64,000 bases of DNA from Calditrichia bacterium (lineage in GTDB: Bacteria; Calditrichota; Calditrichia; JAJRVZ01). The translations under genes were made by a program, and so were the position numbers. A model generated the notes under the pieces. That model did not search any database. It saw only the letters and a list, made by a program, of their open reading frames with translations, and was not told the DNA's origin. Location of the stretch: NCBI GenBank assembly GCA_963796965.1, contig CAWCNS010000005.1:672001-736000 (forward strand), written 5' to 3'. The first letter of the stretch is position 1, and every line of letters begins with the position of its first letter. Positions 31,700 through 43,976 of this stretch are shown here, in pieces.

Positions 31700-34600
31700 T
31701 CATTTTACCTTACCATGATTAATTATCTGCACGGGACCAATCAAACCCGATATGGTCGTCTTTTTGTAATGTTCGGGGGTTGGAATTGTCTGATAATGGT
31801 TGGATAACGTATTGTAAACAAGTATTTCCAGATGGTTATCGCCAACGGTTACATACCGGGAAATATCAATACTGAAAGGAGCGGTCATGAGGATTCCCGC
31901 TTTTTTACCGTTAACATGGACCTCACAGGTAGCAATGACCTTGCCGAGATCCAGGATGATTTCTCCCCGGGTTTGTTCAGCTGAAAGTGTGATATTTCTT
32001 CGGTACCACATTCCCCCTGAGTAGTCTTTCAAGACACCCATTTTAGACCAGTCACCGCTGGGAAGCAAGCCTTTGGTACAGGTCAGGGTAATTGGTTCCG
32101 GAAATGTTGCACCGTTATAGTATCCTGGCCTGTGAACCACACGAATGGCAACGGTACTGAAATGGGATACAACCGTTTTGAGATCAATAGTATATTCTAT
32201 GCTATTGTCTTTATGATCTCGCCCTCTCGTTATTGCCATTTCTGTACCGTTAACCCAGATCGTCACCTCACCATGGGCTGCGAACGATATCGTCTTCAAA
32301 CCCGGAGGTGCCGTAAATCTGTAACAACCGCTTGTCAACTTGCCTCCGAGATAATCGTATCGGACCAATCCAGGATATGTATACCATTTCATTGCCAATG
32401 GCTGGGGAGTCCCTTCCCTGAATCCATCTTCAACAAAAGCAATTGCCGCCCGGGCACGTTGATCAATACGATGTGGACCCTCTGGTTCTTTCGTTCCGGT
32501 GATATTTCTGTAGGAGATAAGAACCTTGTGCCTTCCTGCCAAAAGGCGGATTGTATCGTTCTCTAGTTTGATACCATCAATCCACATTCCTGATGGGTTC
32601 ATACCACTTTTCACCACCTTTACCATCATGGTTTTTGTAATATGCACAAACGATCCAAATATGTAATGACCACCCTCCCCCATAATCATGAAGTTGTTAT
32701 CGAGTTTTCCTTTAAGGCCATGGTAGCCCTGTGATCCCGGCTGATTCTCCACCCCCCAGCGCCATGAGAAATTATAAGGTGACCAGGAAAATATTCGGTC
32801 AGCGATCTCAATATCAACGAAATCTTCACGAATGCCGATGGCGGCCCTTTCTATTGCCTCAATCTCCTCGCTGACAGGAATATGCATCATCCACATTTGC
32901 GGGCCGAAACCACAGGTCACTTCCGGCCATTTGCTGTCATCAAAGTCTTTATCTTGCCAGCCGTCAGGGGCCCTATCTTCGAAAACAAAGCGCAATTGCC
33001 GCGCTTCTGGCCCTATTAAAGTATTTGTTGCCGGCAGGCGGAAATCACCCCAACGGTTGTCCATTGTTGGAACAATCTCACATGCCCACTCACCCGTGAT
33101 GGGGGTAATTTGCCTTTCCATTTTTTTTGTGTCATCAGAGGCTGGTTGTTCTAAATCCGGCTCACCCGGCGAAAAAACAATCAGACATGATTTTGGCGGC
33201 GCAACAGGAATTCGAAGAACGGTACCCTCTTCGGTTGTTCTTATAATTGGAAGGGATTGTATCTCACCTGTCCATGCATCCCATAGTTCAACCTTTCCTT
33301 TACTACGGAAGAAGCACTCCATCCCTTTGACCATATCCATAACCATATAAATATCACGTTTGCCGATTCGCCGATGCAAAACATGGCCCAGACCTTTCAA
33401 AGGTATGAAATCGCATGTTATCTCATTCTTGATCATTTCGGCAATATGACCTGGAGTCTCATCCCTGATAAATGTCCCCATACCTCCTTCACCGCTGTGT
33501 TGAGGTTTGGGCGATTGCCCCGCCAATGCTTGCGCTGCTGTGAGGCCGAAAATTTCTTTCACGATGTCATCAACTTCAGGATCATTTTCACCCAGGCGAT
33601 CAGTGGCCTCCGGCACTGCACCCGTGGCGACAACTAACCCCCCGTTGCGAAACAGCCCCCGCGCTTTACTAAGGGAGGTAAAACGCATCGCTTTCATGTT
33701 GCCCAGAATAAGGACCCGATAGCTTTCCCCGGCAATATGAAGTTTTCCATCTTTAACTTTTGACTGTGCAAGCGAGGCATAATCAATAAAATCAAAATCA
33801 ATACCAGCATCATAAAGTTGTTGGGCAATTGCAAAAGCGCTGTCAGGCCTGGCTCCGGAATAGGCCTGCATAGAAGTAGTCGGGTAGAGGACAGCCACAT
33901 CGCAGACGTGGTGTCCCTGGCTTAGTAGATAGCTTAGGCGCTTGATATATTTGAACCACCCTGTAATGTGTGGCCAATAGGGCATGCGAAAATGAAAGTC
34001 AGGCGGCGCCCACTCCCACCACCCCCCATAAGTGCTGTAATAGAGTCCGTGCAGGCAGAGCAGATTACCACCCAGTTGATAATGAATATCGGTTGCCTTC
34101 GTGATAAGCTCCGGGCGCGCGTCCCAGCCCATGCTATGAAAGGCCTCGAGCCAAACACGCGGACGATGATACAAGTGGGAAATCGAACTGGACACTTTGG
34201 TCTGTATCAGGGCAGTGCCCCCCTGAGGCGCATCATTGCCTGGGGCGGTGAACCAGCGCGTCACACGGAAATAATCACCATAGGATGTTGGTTCTAAACC
34301 GCGTCCATAATTGTCACAACCAAAGATAAGACCGCGTTTTGTATGCCACTCAAAAATAGGACGAAAATAACGCTCTTCTGCCAGGGTAACCACTACATCC
34401 ATATGGTCAATCCGGATCTTGGGTGTTTTAGGCCCAATATCATGATGTAAAGCGGCCAGATAAGGGCGAATATCATAGCCTTTCCGCTTCTCAAATTGTT
34501 CAGCAAAATCTTCTGACCAAGTATCTACCCCCAGGTCAACAACTAATTCATCCTGAAAGAAATAGTTAAGTCCTTTTCTGTTTTCCGGATCAACATGGTT

Positions 34601-35462
34601 CTCGAACTTCTGAAAAAATCGTTTTATCACTTCTGCCCCATGGTGTGGATGGAGCATAAAGGATCCCGTCGTTGAGACCTTGATGATCTGCCAATCCCCG
34701 TTATCCGGAACTGTCCATACGATGTGACTGTCCTTTCCAGCCAGATTGAGCAGATCAACCATGCTTTCGCCATCCAGGCCATTTTCTCTTTGCCGATAGG
34801 CTGACAATGAAACTATCTTACCATCAATCTTATGCTTCCAGGTCTGTCCCTTTTTCACAGGGACTGGTTTATCGAATCTGAGTTTACCTCGGTAGCGGCG
34901 CATTTCCGGCAAAGCAGCAATATCGTCAGGCCACTGTTTATTCCCTGGTGTGCAGAAGGTGTAATCGTCCAGCCCAACACCCATATTTCGTTTTGCACAT
35001 TCTCCGGCATACCAATTAAAAAGAGACCACCAGTCGTCAGAAAAAAAAGGCGGATCGCTGGGATAGGTCATACCATATTCACCATACCCATTTTCATTAA
35101 GGTCAGGATCGCTATCTGGATGCGAATGCGCATCAGCTAATGCTCAGCCCTTCGATACCGGCCTGGTGAACTTTATCCAACTGCCAGAGGAGGCGTTCCC
35201 TGGTCAGATTTTCACCAACCCACCAGTAAAAAGGGACGGGACCGTAGCCATTGGGGACATTTTTAAATCCAGGTAGAACATCAAAATCCGGTGAGCGGTC
35301 CGGGTAACCGGGGGTATTCTGTGGCAACTCTGAAAGATTATCCTTCATTACATAGGTTCCTTCATGATATGGTACTTCTTGCGCAAGGACTGTGCTTACA
35401 TGAGAATAACAAGACACGAGAAAGAGTATGGTCAGGATCTTAAGCCCACAACGGGTCATCAC
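31700..35462 (-). CDS. Large glycoside hydrolase (GH106 alpha-L-rhamnosidase-like), frameshift ~35134
   Basis: PVPFYWW, FFQDEL, HGLYYS..WWEWAPP, C-terminal LDLGKV...VNGK beta-sandwich; 1-nt insertion in AGCT(G)ATGCG. Confidence 0.75.
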
Positions 35463-35640
35463 AATGACTCACCTCTGATTGATTGATTATAAGTCGATTG
35501 GATATAAGAGAATTATACACAATCCACTTTGCATTTTATACTCCCGATAATTATATACAGAACAATCATGTTTCAAATATCAATTGACGTTGTCCTACTC
35601 TGGCTCTTCCCGAAAACGAGTGATTTGGTAGTCTTTCTTC

Positions 35641-36689
35641 TCATGAATAATAGGTTGCGTATTTCTCCATCGCATTCATTAACGCTTCGACATTCTCGAG
35701 AGGAACAGTCGGATATAAACCATAGATCATCATCAACCCACCTTTCTTGCTACCCAACTTTTCTACTTCTTCTCTGATAAGATCGTCAATTTGTTGCGGC
35801 GTACCCTGTGCTGTAACGGACTGTCTGTCAATATCCAGGTCAATGCATGTGCGACCGGCAAACTTGTCAGCAATCCAATCTATGCCGTTAACCAAATCTT
35901 GTAGATTGATGACCTCTACACCCCCCTCGATCAGATCGTCCACAAGGACCCTAATGTCACCGTCCGAGTGCATATGAACGATACAGCCCTGGTCGCGTGC
36001 AGGCTTCATGAGTCGCTCATATACCGGTTTGATATGCTTACGAAGCTATCCGGTGAAAGCATGGGTCCAATTTGCATCCCCAGATCTTCGGGATAGCTCA
36101 TCATATCGGGCTCTAGTTCCAGCCATTTCATTACATACTGGTAATTGAATTTTTCCACCATCTCTATAAGAAGTACCAGGTTGGGTTCATCATATAGCAT
36201 ATCAAAGATCAGATTTTCATATCCACGAATGTCCTGCAACCTGAGAAAAGTGTGTCCATGGGGTAATCCGCCGCAGACCAGTTCACCCTTATGTCTCTGT
36301 TGATCTACACGATCACGGATTATCTTCCAGTCAAGAGGATAAGTTCCATCGGTCTGTTCCGGATCGGGAGGTACGTACCCTTTGAACTTATCCCAGTTCT
36401 CCAAAGGATGTTGATGGACCGCACCCGTAATCCCATCATCCGTTGTTTGCCATACACATCCCCATGGATCCGTATAGGGTTGATCTTTCCTTTCAGTTAA
36501 CCCATAGTTTGGGATAATGGTGGCTTGTCTCTGAAAATCAGGGAAAAGAAAGGTATGTGCTTCCATCTGATCCTGTAAAGCCTGTTGATCATAATGATGC
36601 CAACAGGCAGGATTGATATGAAAAGCCATGGGAATATAGTCCGGTTCTTCAAACCGAATCGCCCGGAGTATGTTTTCTCGTTTTGTCAT
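35641..36689 (-). CDS. Uroporphyrinogen decarboxylase/cobalamin-independent methyltransferase family protein, frameshift ~36043
   Basis: TDPWGCVW, EDLGMQ, HMHSDG, VPLENV. Confidence 0.82.
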
Positions 36690-36697
36690 TTTACCTT

Positions 36698-37399
36698 TTA
36701 CTCTTTTGCCCCATTGACCTTCAAGATTTTTATAATTTCATCATTCTTATCCTTTATGGCCAAACTCAAAGCCGTTGTACCATCTTTTGCTTTAAGATGT
36801 ACATCTGCTTTTTTAGAAAGCAAATATTTCACTAAATCCAATTTACCATTACTGGAAGCAAACATGAGAGCCGTCCATCCGGTAGCATCGGATCCGGTAA
36901 GTTGCGCATTCTTATCGGCGCCTTTTGCAAGAAGGAGATCACAAACTTCTGTGGTTACAGAGCCTGAAAAAATTCCAAATATAGATTGAATAAATGCAGT
37001 CATACCATCTACACCTTTTAAATTAACCTTCGCACCCTTTTCTAATAATAATACCACAGATTTTTTTGAATTCGCCGCAGCCCACATGAGAGCCGTTCGA
37101 CCATCATAAGATCCTTGTATATTAATATCAGCCCCTTTTGATATTAATAATTCGACGATCTCATAGGTTCCTTCTAAACTACAGGCTACAATTAGAGGTG
37201 TGCTTCCCATAGTTTTTTCACGGATATTGACATCTACACCTTTTGCGAGTAATTCTTCGACACCCTTAATATCCTTCTTATAAATTCTTGTTGCAAACTC
37301 ATTAAAATCGTCATCAGCAAATAATAAATGCTGGGAAAAAAGAAGAAATACCATCATACTTAAGAATAGAGCATTACATCTCAAATTAACCATTTTCAA
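36698..37399 (-). CDS. Ankyrin repeat protein, secreted
   Basis: GSTPL, GRTALM, GWTALM, GTTAL repeats. Confidence 0.92.
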   Translation of the reverse strand: MKMVNLRCNALFLSMMVFLLFSQHLLFADDDFNEFATRIYKKDIKGVEELLAKGVDVNIREKTMGSTPLIVACSLEGTYEIVELLISKGADINIQGSYDGRTALMWAAANSKKSVVLLLEKGAKVNLKGVDGMTAFIQSIFGIFSGSVTTEVCDLLLAKGADKNAQLTGSDATGWTALMFASSNGKLDLVKYLLSKKADVHLKAKDGTTALSLAIKDKNDEIIKILKVNGAKE

Positions 37400-37583
37400 T
37401 TCTCCTTAATTTGTCAGTTGACTTTAACAGGTTGTGTATTTCCTGGACCAGCTCTCCCACCAAAGCAAAGGGAAGTTCCACTGTATATGGATGCCGGAAT
37501 GCCCGGGCATATACAAAGGTCCCATCAGGCGCGCTCCCGATTTCGTAGAGTTTTTCCATTAAATCCTCCAATTAACACCCTTC

Positions 37584-38534
37584 CTACCAGCTTCCGGAAG
37601 CACCACCACCGCCCGATGAGCCGCCACCCCCAGAAAAACTGGAGCCGCCGCCGGAACTCCAGGAGCCGCCGGAACTGCCTGAAGACAGTCTGAAACCGCC
37701 AATAGAAGCACTTCCCTTGGTGCGCAGATCTGTTTTGGCCTTCTTATACCAATCGGTATTTTTAAGTGACAGTTTTGCAACCGGGAAGGCAATTATATAC
37801 GTGATAAGACAGATTAAAGCACCTCCGGTACCCAATACCATGATCGGGAACGTGGCCCAGAAGGGAATAAGAAAAAAGTAAAGAAACCAGCCAACGCCAG
37901 GGGTCAAAACACCAATCACGGTAAAGAGTCCGATAATGCCGAAAATAAACGCTCCCATCAGAATGCGCTCCGTAATCGATAGGTCAGGTCCTTCAAAGTC
38001 CAGATCGAATGTATCTGCAGATTCACTTGTTTCACCTGCCAGGTCCGTCAGTTCACCACCCTCCAGCACATCTATCACGGCTCTGACACCTTCGGTAATG
38101 CCGCCCTCATAATCTCCCTCCTTAAACCTGGGCGTCATGGCATACTGGATGATTCGACCGGCCATCGCGTCCGTGAGTGTTGCTTCAAGTCCGTATCCCA
38201 CTTCGATACGCATACGCCGGTCATTGGGAATGACCACAATTAGAACGCCGTTGTCCCCTTCTTTGGTACCGAGCTGCCACGCCTCAAAAACTTCGACGGC
38301 GTAGTCTTCAATATTCTCCCCATTAATCGTGGGAACAGTGAGAACTGCGATCTGGTTGCTTGTCCGGTCCTCATGCTGCTTCAGACTATCCGTGAGCGAT
38401 TGATGCGATGTCTCGGAGAGAAGTTCGGCGTTATCGGTCACCCGACCGGTCAAATAGGGAATATCAGCAGCTGGAAGCAAAGAATCCGTCAGAAATAGTA
38501 CCAGCAGCAACAAGAATGTCGGTATTGTTTTCAT
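37584..38534 (-). CDS. TPM domain protein (YgcG-like) with Gly-rich tail
   Basis: RIEVGYGLE; FSGGGGSSGGGGASGSW end. Confidence 0.92.
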   Translation of the reverse strand: MKTIPTFLLLLVLFLTDSLLPAADIPYLTGRVTDNAELLSETSHQSLTDSLKQHEDRTSNQIAVLTVPTINGENIEDYAVEVFEAWQLGTKEGDNGVLIVVIPNDRRMRIEVGYGLEATLTDAMAGRIIQYAMTPRFKEGDYEGGITEGVRAVIDVLEGGELTDLAGETSESADTFDLDFEGPDLSITERILMGAFIFGIIGLFTVIGVLTPGVGWFLYFFLIPFWATFPIMVLGTGGALICLITYIIAFPVAKLSLKNTDWYKKAKTDLRTKGSASIGGFRLSSGSSGGSWSSGGGSSFSGGGGSSGGGGASGSW

Positions 38535-39178
38535 ACACCCTTCTCCTCGATGATCTCATCGGATAATTCATTTTCGCTTATACCCGTTACATCTGTTCCA
38601 GGTGAGCGAACGAGTTCTTCCAGCCCGGCTTCATAAGCCTCTCTCACCTCACCCCGTTTGAGAAATACGGTCATTGCCGCGATGATGCTTTGCATGACTT
38701 TCTCTCGCAATTGATCCTGTAAGCCCTTGTCAGGCAGAATAACGACTTTCCGCTCGAAGAGACTGACCAGAATTAGGATCCCTGTCCGTTTGTTGGTAGC
38801 AAATAACTCCCGGGATAAAAACATAGATTCCGCATATTGTCGCACTTCTACTTCAGCACGAGAAGCGGATAGAAATCGTCTGGCAAATCCGGGCACCAGC
38901 ACGGTCAAAAGCGCGAGAACCGCACCACCAGCCAGAACTCCCCCTACGGCCATAAGCACCGTAACCCCCGAATACCAGCCGTAAGATAGTAAATCAAAAA
39001 TGAAGACCAACAAGCCAGTAATGGACGCCCCTAGTGCAAAAGCTTTCCAGGGTAGTTCCGCATAGATGTCGCTGCGTTGGATGAGCGCCAGGACGATCTG
39101 TGTTTTCGTCTGTTTTTCCACTTCGGCTATACGTGTGTCTAGCCAGGAACGATCATGATCTGATAAGATCTGTTTCAT
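38531..39178 (-). CDS. TPM domain membrane protein
   Basis: IAEVEKQT, RTGILILVSLFERKVVILPDKG, ENELSDE. Confidence 0.85.
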   Translation of the reverse strand: MKQILSDHDRSWLDTRIAEVEKQTKTQIVLALIQRSDIYAELPWKAFALGASITGLLVFIFDLLSYGWYSGVTVLMAVGGVLAGGAVLALLTVLVPGFARRFLSASRAEVEVRQYAESMFLSRELFATNKRTGILILVSLFERKVVILPDKGLQDQLREKVMQSIIAAMTVFLKRGEVREAYEAGLEELVRSPGTDVTGISENELSDEIIEEKGV

Positions 39179-39201
39179 TTTAATATGTCCTCTTTCTAAA
39201 G

Positions 39202-40092
39202 TTATAATACCGAAGCCTGGCTTATAAAAATTACACCTATCGTAATAATTATGGCGGCAATGATACGCAAAACTGGAGCGGGTTCGCGCAAAATAATTAC
39301 GGCTGCAACCACACCAATAACAATACTAAATTGACGCAAGCCTGCCAGGTAACTGACATAAGAACTAACCTGGTAAGCCCATAACATAAGCCAATACGAG
39401 CAAAAAACCAATAGGGCAAAAATTGTTGCCCATCTCCAATCTGCTAATTTTGAATCTTTATAGATCGATATGGGTTCATTTATAAGTTTAAAAACCAAAT
39501 ATAAAAATGGAATAGTGAAGATAGCCTCCCAGGTACCGTAACGTGCAGCCATATCAGCACTTTGGGGCAACAATTCGGCTGCCATCTTATCGGTAACAGA
39601 ATACCCTGTGACACCAAAGGTAATAACTAATATCCAAATGGTTGTGCGATTCCAGTACATAGATAAAGTAATTTTGCGGAGAGATTCCAGCGGCGCCAGG
39701 ATACAGCCCGTAACCACCATAAAAATTCCAAACCATCCGGAAATAGAGAGGGTATGGCCTCTAAATATATCAAAAAGCGCTAAAATTACAATAGGTAATG
39801 AGCGTGCAACCGGATATACCAAACTAAAGTTACCACTGCGATAGCCACTTGTCAGCCCCAGGAAATATATAGCCTGGAACAAACCGCTTAAAACAAGCAT
39901 TCCCCAAATCGTGGCAGGAAATGGAATCCCTTGCCATTCTGCTATTAGAGCAGGCAAAACACCAATCAAACCGGTAGTTAAATGTAACCGAAAGAATAAA
40001 TTACCATCAACCCGCCGGGAATGCGCCAATAAATTCCAGCTTGCATGAACAGTTGCTGAGAGTAAAACTAATAGAACTGCCAACCACGTCAT
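39202..40092 (-). CDS. EamA/DMT family transporter
   Basis: HASWNLL, SLVYPVARS, LRQFS; about 10 TM segments. Confidence 0.88.
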   Translation of the reverse strand: MTWLAVLLVLLSATVHASWNLLAHSRRVDGNLFFRLHLTTGLIGVLPALIAEWQGIPFPATIWGMLVLSGLFQAIYFLGLTSGYRSGNFSLVYPVARSLPIVILALFDIFRGHTLSISGWFGIFMVVTGCILAPLESLRKITLSMYWNRTTIWILVITFGVTGYSVTDKMAAELLPQSADMAARYGTWEAIFTIPFLYLVFKLINEPISIYKDSKLADWRWATIFALLVFCSYWLMLWAYQVSSYVSYLAGLRQFSIVIGVVAAVIILREPAPVLRIIAAIIITIGVIFISQASVL

Positions 40093-40204
40093 TAAAATAG
40101 TTCCTGTAAGCCGTTTTTGTTTATTTTATCAAGGCATCCGGATAAAATTGGATTTCCAGATGTTTTTGCTGAAATACGAACTGCCTATCAAATTAAAAAA
40201 TCTA

Positions 40205-42706
40205 TCAAAACAGAACAAATCCCATGGACGTCAACAGATAAACAGTGCAGAGTCCTATAAGTATTAGCCACCCCCATCGTTTAGAATTGATTTCTTGGCG
40301 CTTAAAATGGACCCAAATACGGCGCAACAAGATCATGGTGAATGTCGCTGATAGAAAAATAACCGCAAGCTGAAGGATTATTAGAACTGTGATCTCTGTA
40401 ATGGGAAGGTAAGAACTCCAAAAAGATCCTTCAATGACCTGGATCTGTAATGCCGCAATTACTGGAACTTCTTGCAGATGATAGGCCATTAACGGCCCCC
40501 AAGCCAGAATGAACAGTGAAAGTGCCACACGCGAAACTATAGCAGGATCATGAAAATTCTCAGGTGAGAGGAGTCTCGGCAATATAACATACAAAGCAAT
40601 GCCAATAACAACAGCCAGGACTGCTGCCGCTGTGAACCCATAGGGAGTAGCCATCCAAACTGTACTACGGGCACCCAGTAAAACCACGGCCAGAGCAAAT
40701 CCAACGAGCGCTAAGGGAGTGAGAGTCGGACTTAGGTCACCCTGGTGCCAAATGCTCTGAATAGGTGCCCGGAGGTAAAGATTAGCCGATCCATGAGGGC
40801 AACTACGCAGACATGAGAAACACATCTTGCAGAAATGACCATCGCGGGTGTAGAGCGGATGATGGAAAACGGGGCATCCAGGAGAGGACGATGTTCCTTT
40901 AAAGCATTCATGGGTATTGCACTGTGTAGCGCATACACTCGGATTAGCACGTACATATACCATGGCGGAAACAGCATATGTAGCACCCAAATTACCCAAT
41001 GGGCAGAGGTATCGGCACCAGGTTTCCCGTTTGTAGAGCACGGAAAAAACCATTGCAGCTGCCATGAGCGCCAGAAGAAGGATACTTGTTCCAAATGGAT
41101 ATTCAGTCATATGAAACATATGCTCGCTCCAGATAACCAGAAAGAACAGTGCAACAATCAACCATCCGGTATGGCGCATGAGCCACTGAGGTGGATTCAT
41201 ATTCAGGGATCCGATTCGTTGCGCTATACGCCCGGCAAACGAAAGTGGACATACCGTACACCACACGCGTCCTATAAACAGGAATACGAATATCAAAGCA
41301 GGCTCCCATAACCCCCAGATCATGCTGTTGGCGATACGACCTGGAAGGCTATTGCCAGTGGTAAGACCGATCAGAACCGTCGAGAAAAAAACAACAAATA
41401 TTACAGATTGCAATACGACAACTGGAGTCTCGCTGCGCCACAACCACTGTACGAGTTTAATCTGCGAGAGATTAAAATCAAACGGGGTTCCCTCACTCTT
41501 GGGACCTGTGAAGATATGCTCCGCTACAATTTCCGAACCATCAGCAAAAAGCGCTGCATACTCAACTGCTTCACGAAGTTCCTCCACATTATGGTGCCGG
41601 TATTGTCCTGAAAGTAGTGTATGTTCGGCAGACCTGCTCAACCGGTATGCACCATCATTGAGTCGCTGGTTTCGTTCAGTCAGGAAGAGCCTCGCCAATG
41701 GCAGGATGTCACGTTTGCGTTTGAGCATGTTTGGCATTTTCAGAACATTCTTAGCCAGTTGCTCCGCAAGCCTCGGCAGGAAACCACCGGTTTGAGCAAG
41801 GGATTCAATATCTTCGCTTGTAGTGGCGATCAAATTAATTTGGGTAAGAACCTGTTTGTTCACTGATTCATCCAGATACTGGGAAAGAATCCTCTGGAAC
41901 GTCAGGTTTAGAGCCTCGATATGCATCAGGATAAGCGTCCCCTGATCCGCCAGATGAAGCGCACCAAAGCCCTCTCTTTTGTCCTCAAATCCTTCAAGAT
42001 CTGTGGAACCAAAAAGGAGTCTGCTTGCTTCGTGATCTTCAACCCGCAAACAGTCCACAACGATAAGTGGCGCGTAAGCGTTTCCAAAGCGCTCATGGAT
42101 CTTTTTGGCCATATAAACCTGACCGGCACCTGGTTCACCCGTAATAAGAATTGGGCCAGATTTCGGTAAAATCCTGGCAATTTGATCATGCAGATTACGC
42201 ATCGAAGGAGACTCTGCAATGATCGGTCCAGATGAAGATTCCATCTGCATAAGCGTGCTGAACACTGTGATTTTCTGCTCTAATAAGACGTTTTTTTCCT
42301 GGAGTTGCTCTTGAAATTTTACCGTGGTCATATGGGCGTTCACACGGGCTAAAACCTCTTCATGTTGCAGCGGTTTCGTAAGATAATCAATGGCGCCTAC
42401 TTCAAAACCTTTGACCTTATCCACCGTATCTGTAAGGGCTGTCATGAAAATTACCGGAATATCCTCTGTGGCCTTGCTCTTCTTTAGACGTCGACAAGTT
42501 TCGAAGCCATCAATACCAGGCATAAGCACATCTAATAGAATCATATCCGGAACGACGCGCTCAAGATGCTCAAAGGCTTCTTCGCCACTTTGTGCTACCA
42601 TAAGATCAAAACCACCGTCTTCTAAATAATTGATTAGAACCTTCAGATTCTCAATTTTATCATCAACGGCTAGTATAGTCCGGTTTTTTGATGGTTCTGA
42701 ATTCAT
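40205..42706 (-). CDS. Response-regulator REC + degenerate sigma54-interaction domain + membrane 4Fe-4S-binding protein
   Basis: VDD/LLDVLMP/KP; ITGEPGAGQ; GRVWCTVCP, WCRYLCPLG, CKMCFSCLRSCP. Confidence 0.85.
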   Translation of the reverse strand: MNSEPSKNRTILAVDDKIENLKVLINYLEDGGFDLMVAQSGEEAFEHLERVVPDMILLDVLMPGIDGFETCRRLKKSKATEDIPVIFMTALTDTVDKVKGFEVGAIDYLTKPLQHEEVLARVNAHMTTVKFQEQLQEKNVLLEQKITVFSTLMQMESSSGPIIAESPSMRNLHDQIARILPKSGPILITGEPGAGQVYMAKKIHERFGNAYAPLIVVDCLRVEDHEASRLLFGSTDLEGFEDKREGFGALHLADQGTLILMHIEALNLTFQRILSQYLDESVNKQVLTQINLIATTSEDIESLAQTGGFLPRLAEQLAKNVLKMPNMLKRKRDILPLARLFLTERNQRLNDGAYRLSRSAEHTLLSGQYRHHNVEELREAVEYAALFADGSEIVAEHIFTGPKSEGTPFDFNLSQIKLVQWLWRSETPVVVLQSVIFVVFFSTVLIGLTTGNSLPGRIANSMIWGLWEPALIFVFLFIGRVWCTVCPLSFAGRIAQRIGSLNMNPPQWLMRHTGWLIVALFFLVIWSEHMFHMTEYPFGTSILLLALMAAAMVFSVLYKRETWCRYLCPLGNLGATYAVSAMVYVRANPSVCATQCNTHECFKGTSSSPGCPVFHHPLYTRDGHFCKMCFSCLRSCPHGSANLYLRAPIQSIWHQGDLSPTLTPLALVGFALAVVLLGARSTVWMATPYGFTAAAVLAVVIGIALYVILPRLLSPENFHDPAIVSRVALSLFILAWGPLMAYHLQEVPVIAALQIQVIEGSFWSSYLPITEITVLIILQLAVIFLSATFTMILLRRIWVHFKRQEINSKRWGWLILIGLCTVYLLTSMGFVLF

Positions 42707-42818
42707 AACTTTTCCTGTTGCGGATTAAGTTAATTACTTCGATGATATGTTTGAATTGGAAACGCTTGATGAGTTTTTATTTTTGGAAATATTCCCTTCC
42801 AGGCAAAGTCTATATTTA

Positions 42819-43976
42819 CTAAGATCCGTTCTTTGCGGTTTGAAAAGGTAAAGTGAAGATAAATCGGCTTCCTTTATCCGGCTCACTTTCTACCCAAATT
42901 TCACCTTTCAGTATGTCAATAAATTCTTTACATAATATAAGCCCCAGCCCGGTACCTTTCTCATTATCCGTTCCCAATGTGCGATAGAATGTATCAAGCC
43001 TGAATAAGTTTTCTATGTTCTCTTCACTAATACCTATACCGGTATCACGAACTGTTATTTTTAGATTATCTCCCTCCACCTCACTGCTTACTTTAACGGT
43101 CCCGTTTTCTGACGTGAACTTTATCGCATTGGTTAATAAGTTTCGCAGCACAGTAGAAACCATATTCTTATCTGAATATATTAGTAAACCTTCGTTTATT
43201 TCTGAGGATATATAAATACTCTTTTCCTTTGCACGATCATGCAGTAATTCAACATTTTCTTTAGCCATATGGCCCAGGTCAATTTCCTCCGGTTTATATT
43301 CCATCTTACCAGAGTGTGAGCGTGCCCACATAAGTAAATCGGATAAAAGGTTATAGGCGCGGCCGGCACTTATATTTAGCGAATTAATTCCTTTCTTTAT
43401 CTTCTCCGTTTCGAGTCGTTCAAAATTCTTAACAAGTGCTAAACTATAACTCAGTAATGTACTAAGGGGGTTCTTAAGATCATGCGCGATAATCGAGAAG
43501 AATTTATCTTTTATGGCATTTGCTTCTACTAACTGCCTATTTTTCTGCTGCAATAAAACGTTTTGATCCCATAGTTGCTGCTGGAATTCCCTAATAGTCA
43601 AATGGGCATTCACACGCGCCAAGACCTCTTCGTGTTGTAGGGGTTTCGTCAGATAATCAGCCGCGCCAACTTCAAAGCCTCTGACTTTATCTACAGTTTC
43701 CGTTAGGGCTGTCATGAAAATTATCGGAATATCCTGTGTAATCTCGTCTTCCTTTAAACGATGGCAGGTTTCAAAACCATCAATTCCGGGCATGAGGACA
43801 TCTAATAGAATAATATCCGGGGTAATACGCTTGACATGTTCGAGGGCCTCTTCTCCACTTTGCGCCACCATAATGTCGAAACCACTGTCTTCCAAATATT
43901 TAATCAAGACCTTCAAATTCTCAAGTTTATCGTCAACGACTAAAATGGTCTTTTTTTCTGATGAGTCCGAATTCAT
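42819..43976 (-). CDS. Hybrid response regulator / sensor histidine kinase (REC-HisKA-HATPase)
   Basis: IIAHDLKNP, NLLTNAIKF, DTGIG, GTGLGL; start at MNSD. Confidence 0.9.
   Translation of the reverse strand: MNSDSSEKKTILVVDDKLENLKVLIKYLEDSGFDIMVAQSGEEALEHVKRITPDIILLDVLMPGIDGFETCHRLKEDEITQDIPIIFMTALTETVDKVRGFEVGAADYLTKPLQHEEVLARVNAHLTIREFQQQLWDQNVLLQQKNRQLVEANAIKDKFFSIIAHDLKNPLSTLLSYSLALVKNFERLETEKIKKGINSLNISAGRAYNLLSDLLMWARSHSGKMEYKPEEIDLGHMAKENVELLHDRAKEKSIYISSEINEGLLIYSDKNMVSTVLRNLLTNAIKFTSENGTVKVSSEVEGDNLKITVRDTGIGISEENIENLFRLDTFYRTLGTDNEKGTGLGLILCKEFIDILKGEIWVESEPDKGSRFIFTLPFQTAKNGS

Noticed and set aside
37386..37571. 61-aa ORF between the TPM and ankyrin genes
   Set aside because: It has a plausible RBS but no recognisable family. 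It may be a truncated remnant, so it was not called.
37584..39178. TPM pair lacking the usual adjacent lemA
   Set aside because: lemA may simply lie elsewhere in the genome, so the absence is not informative from this window.
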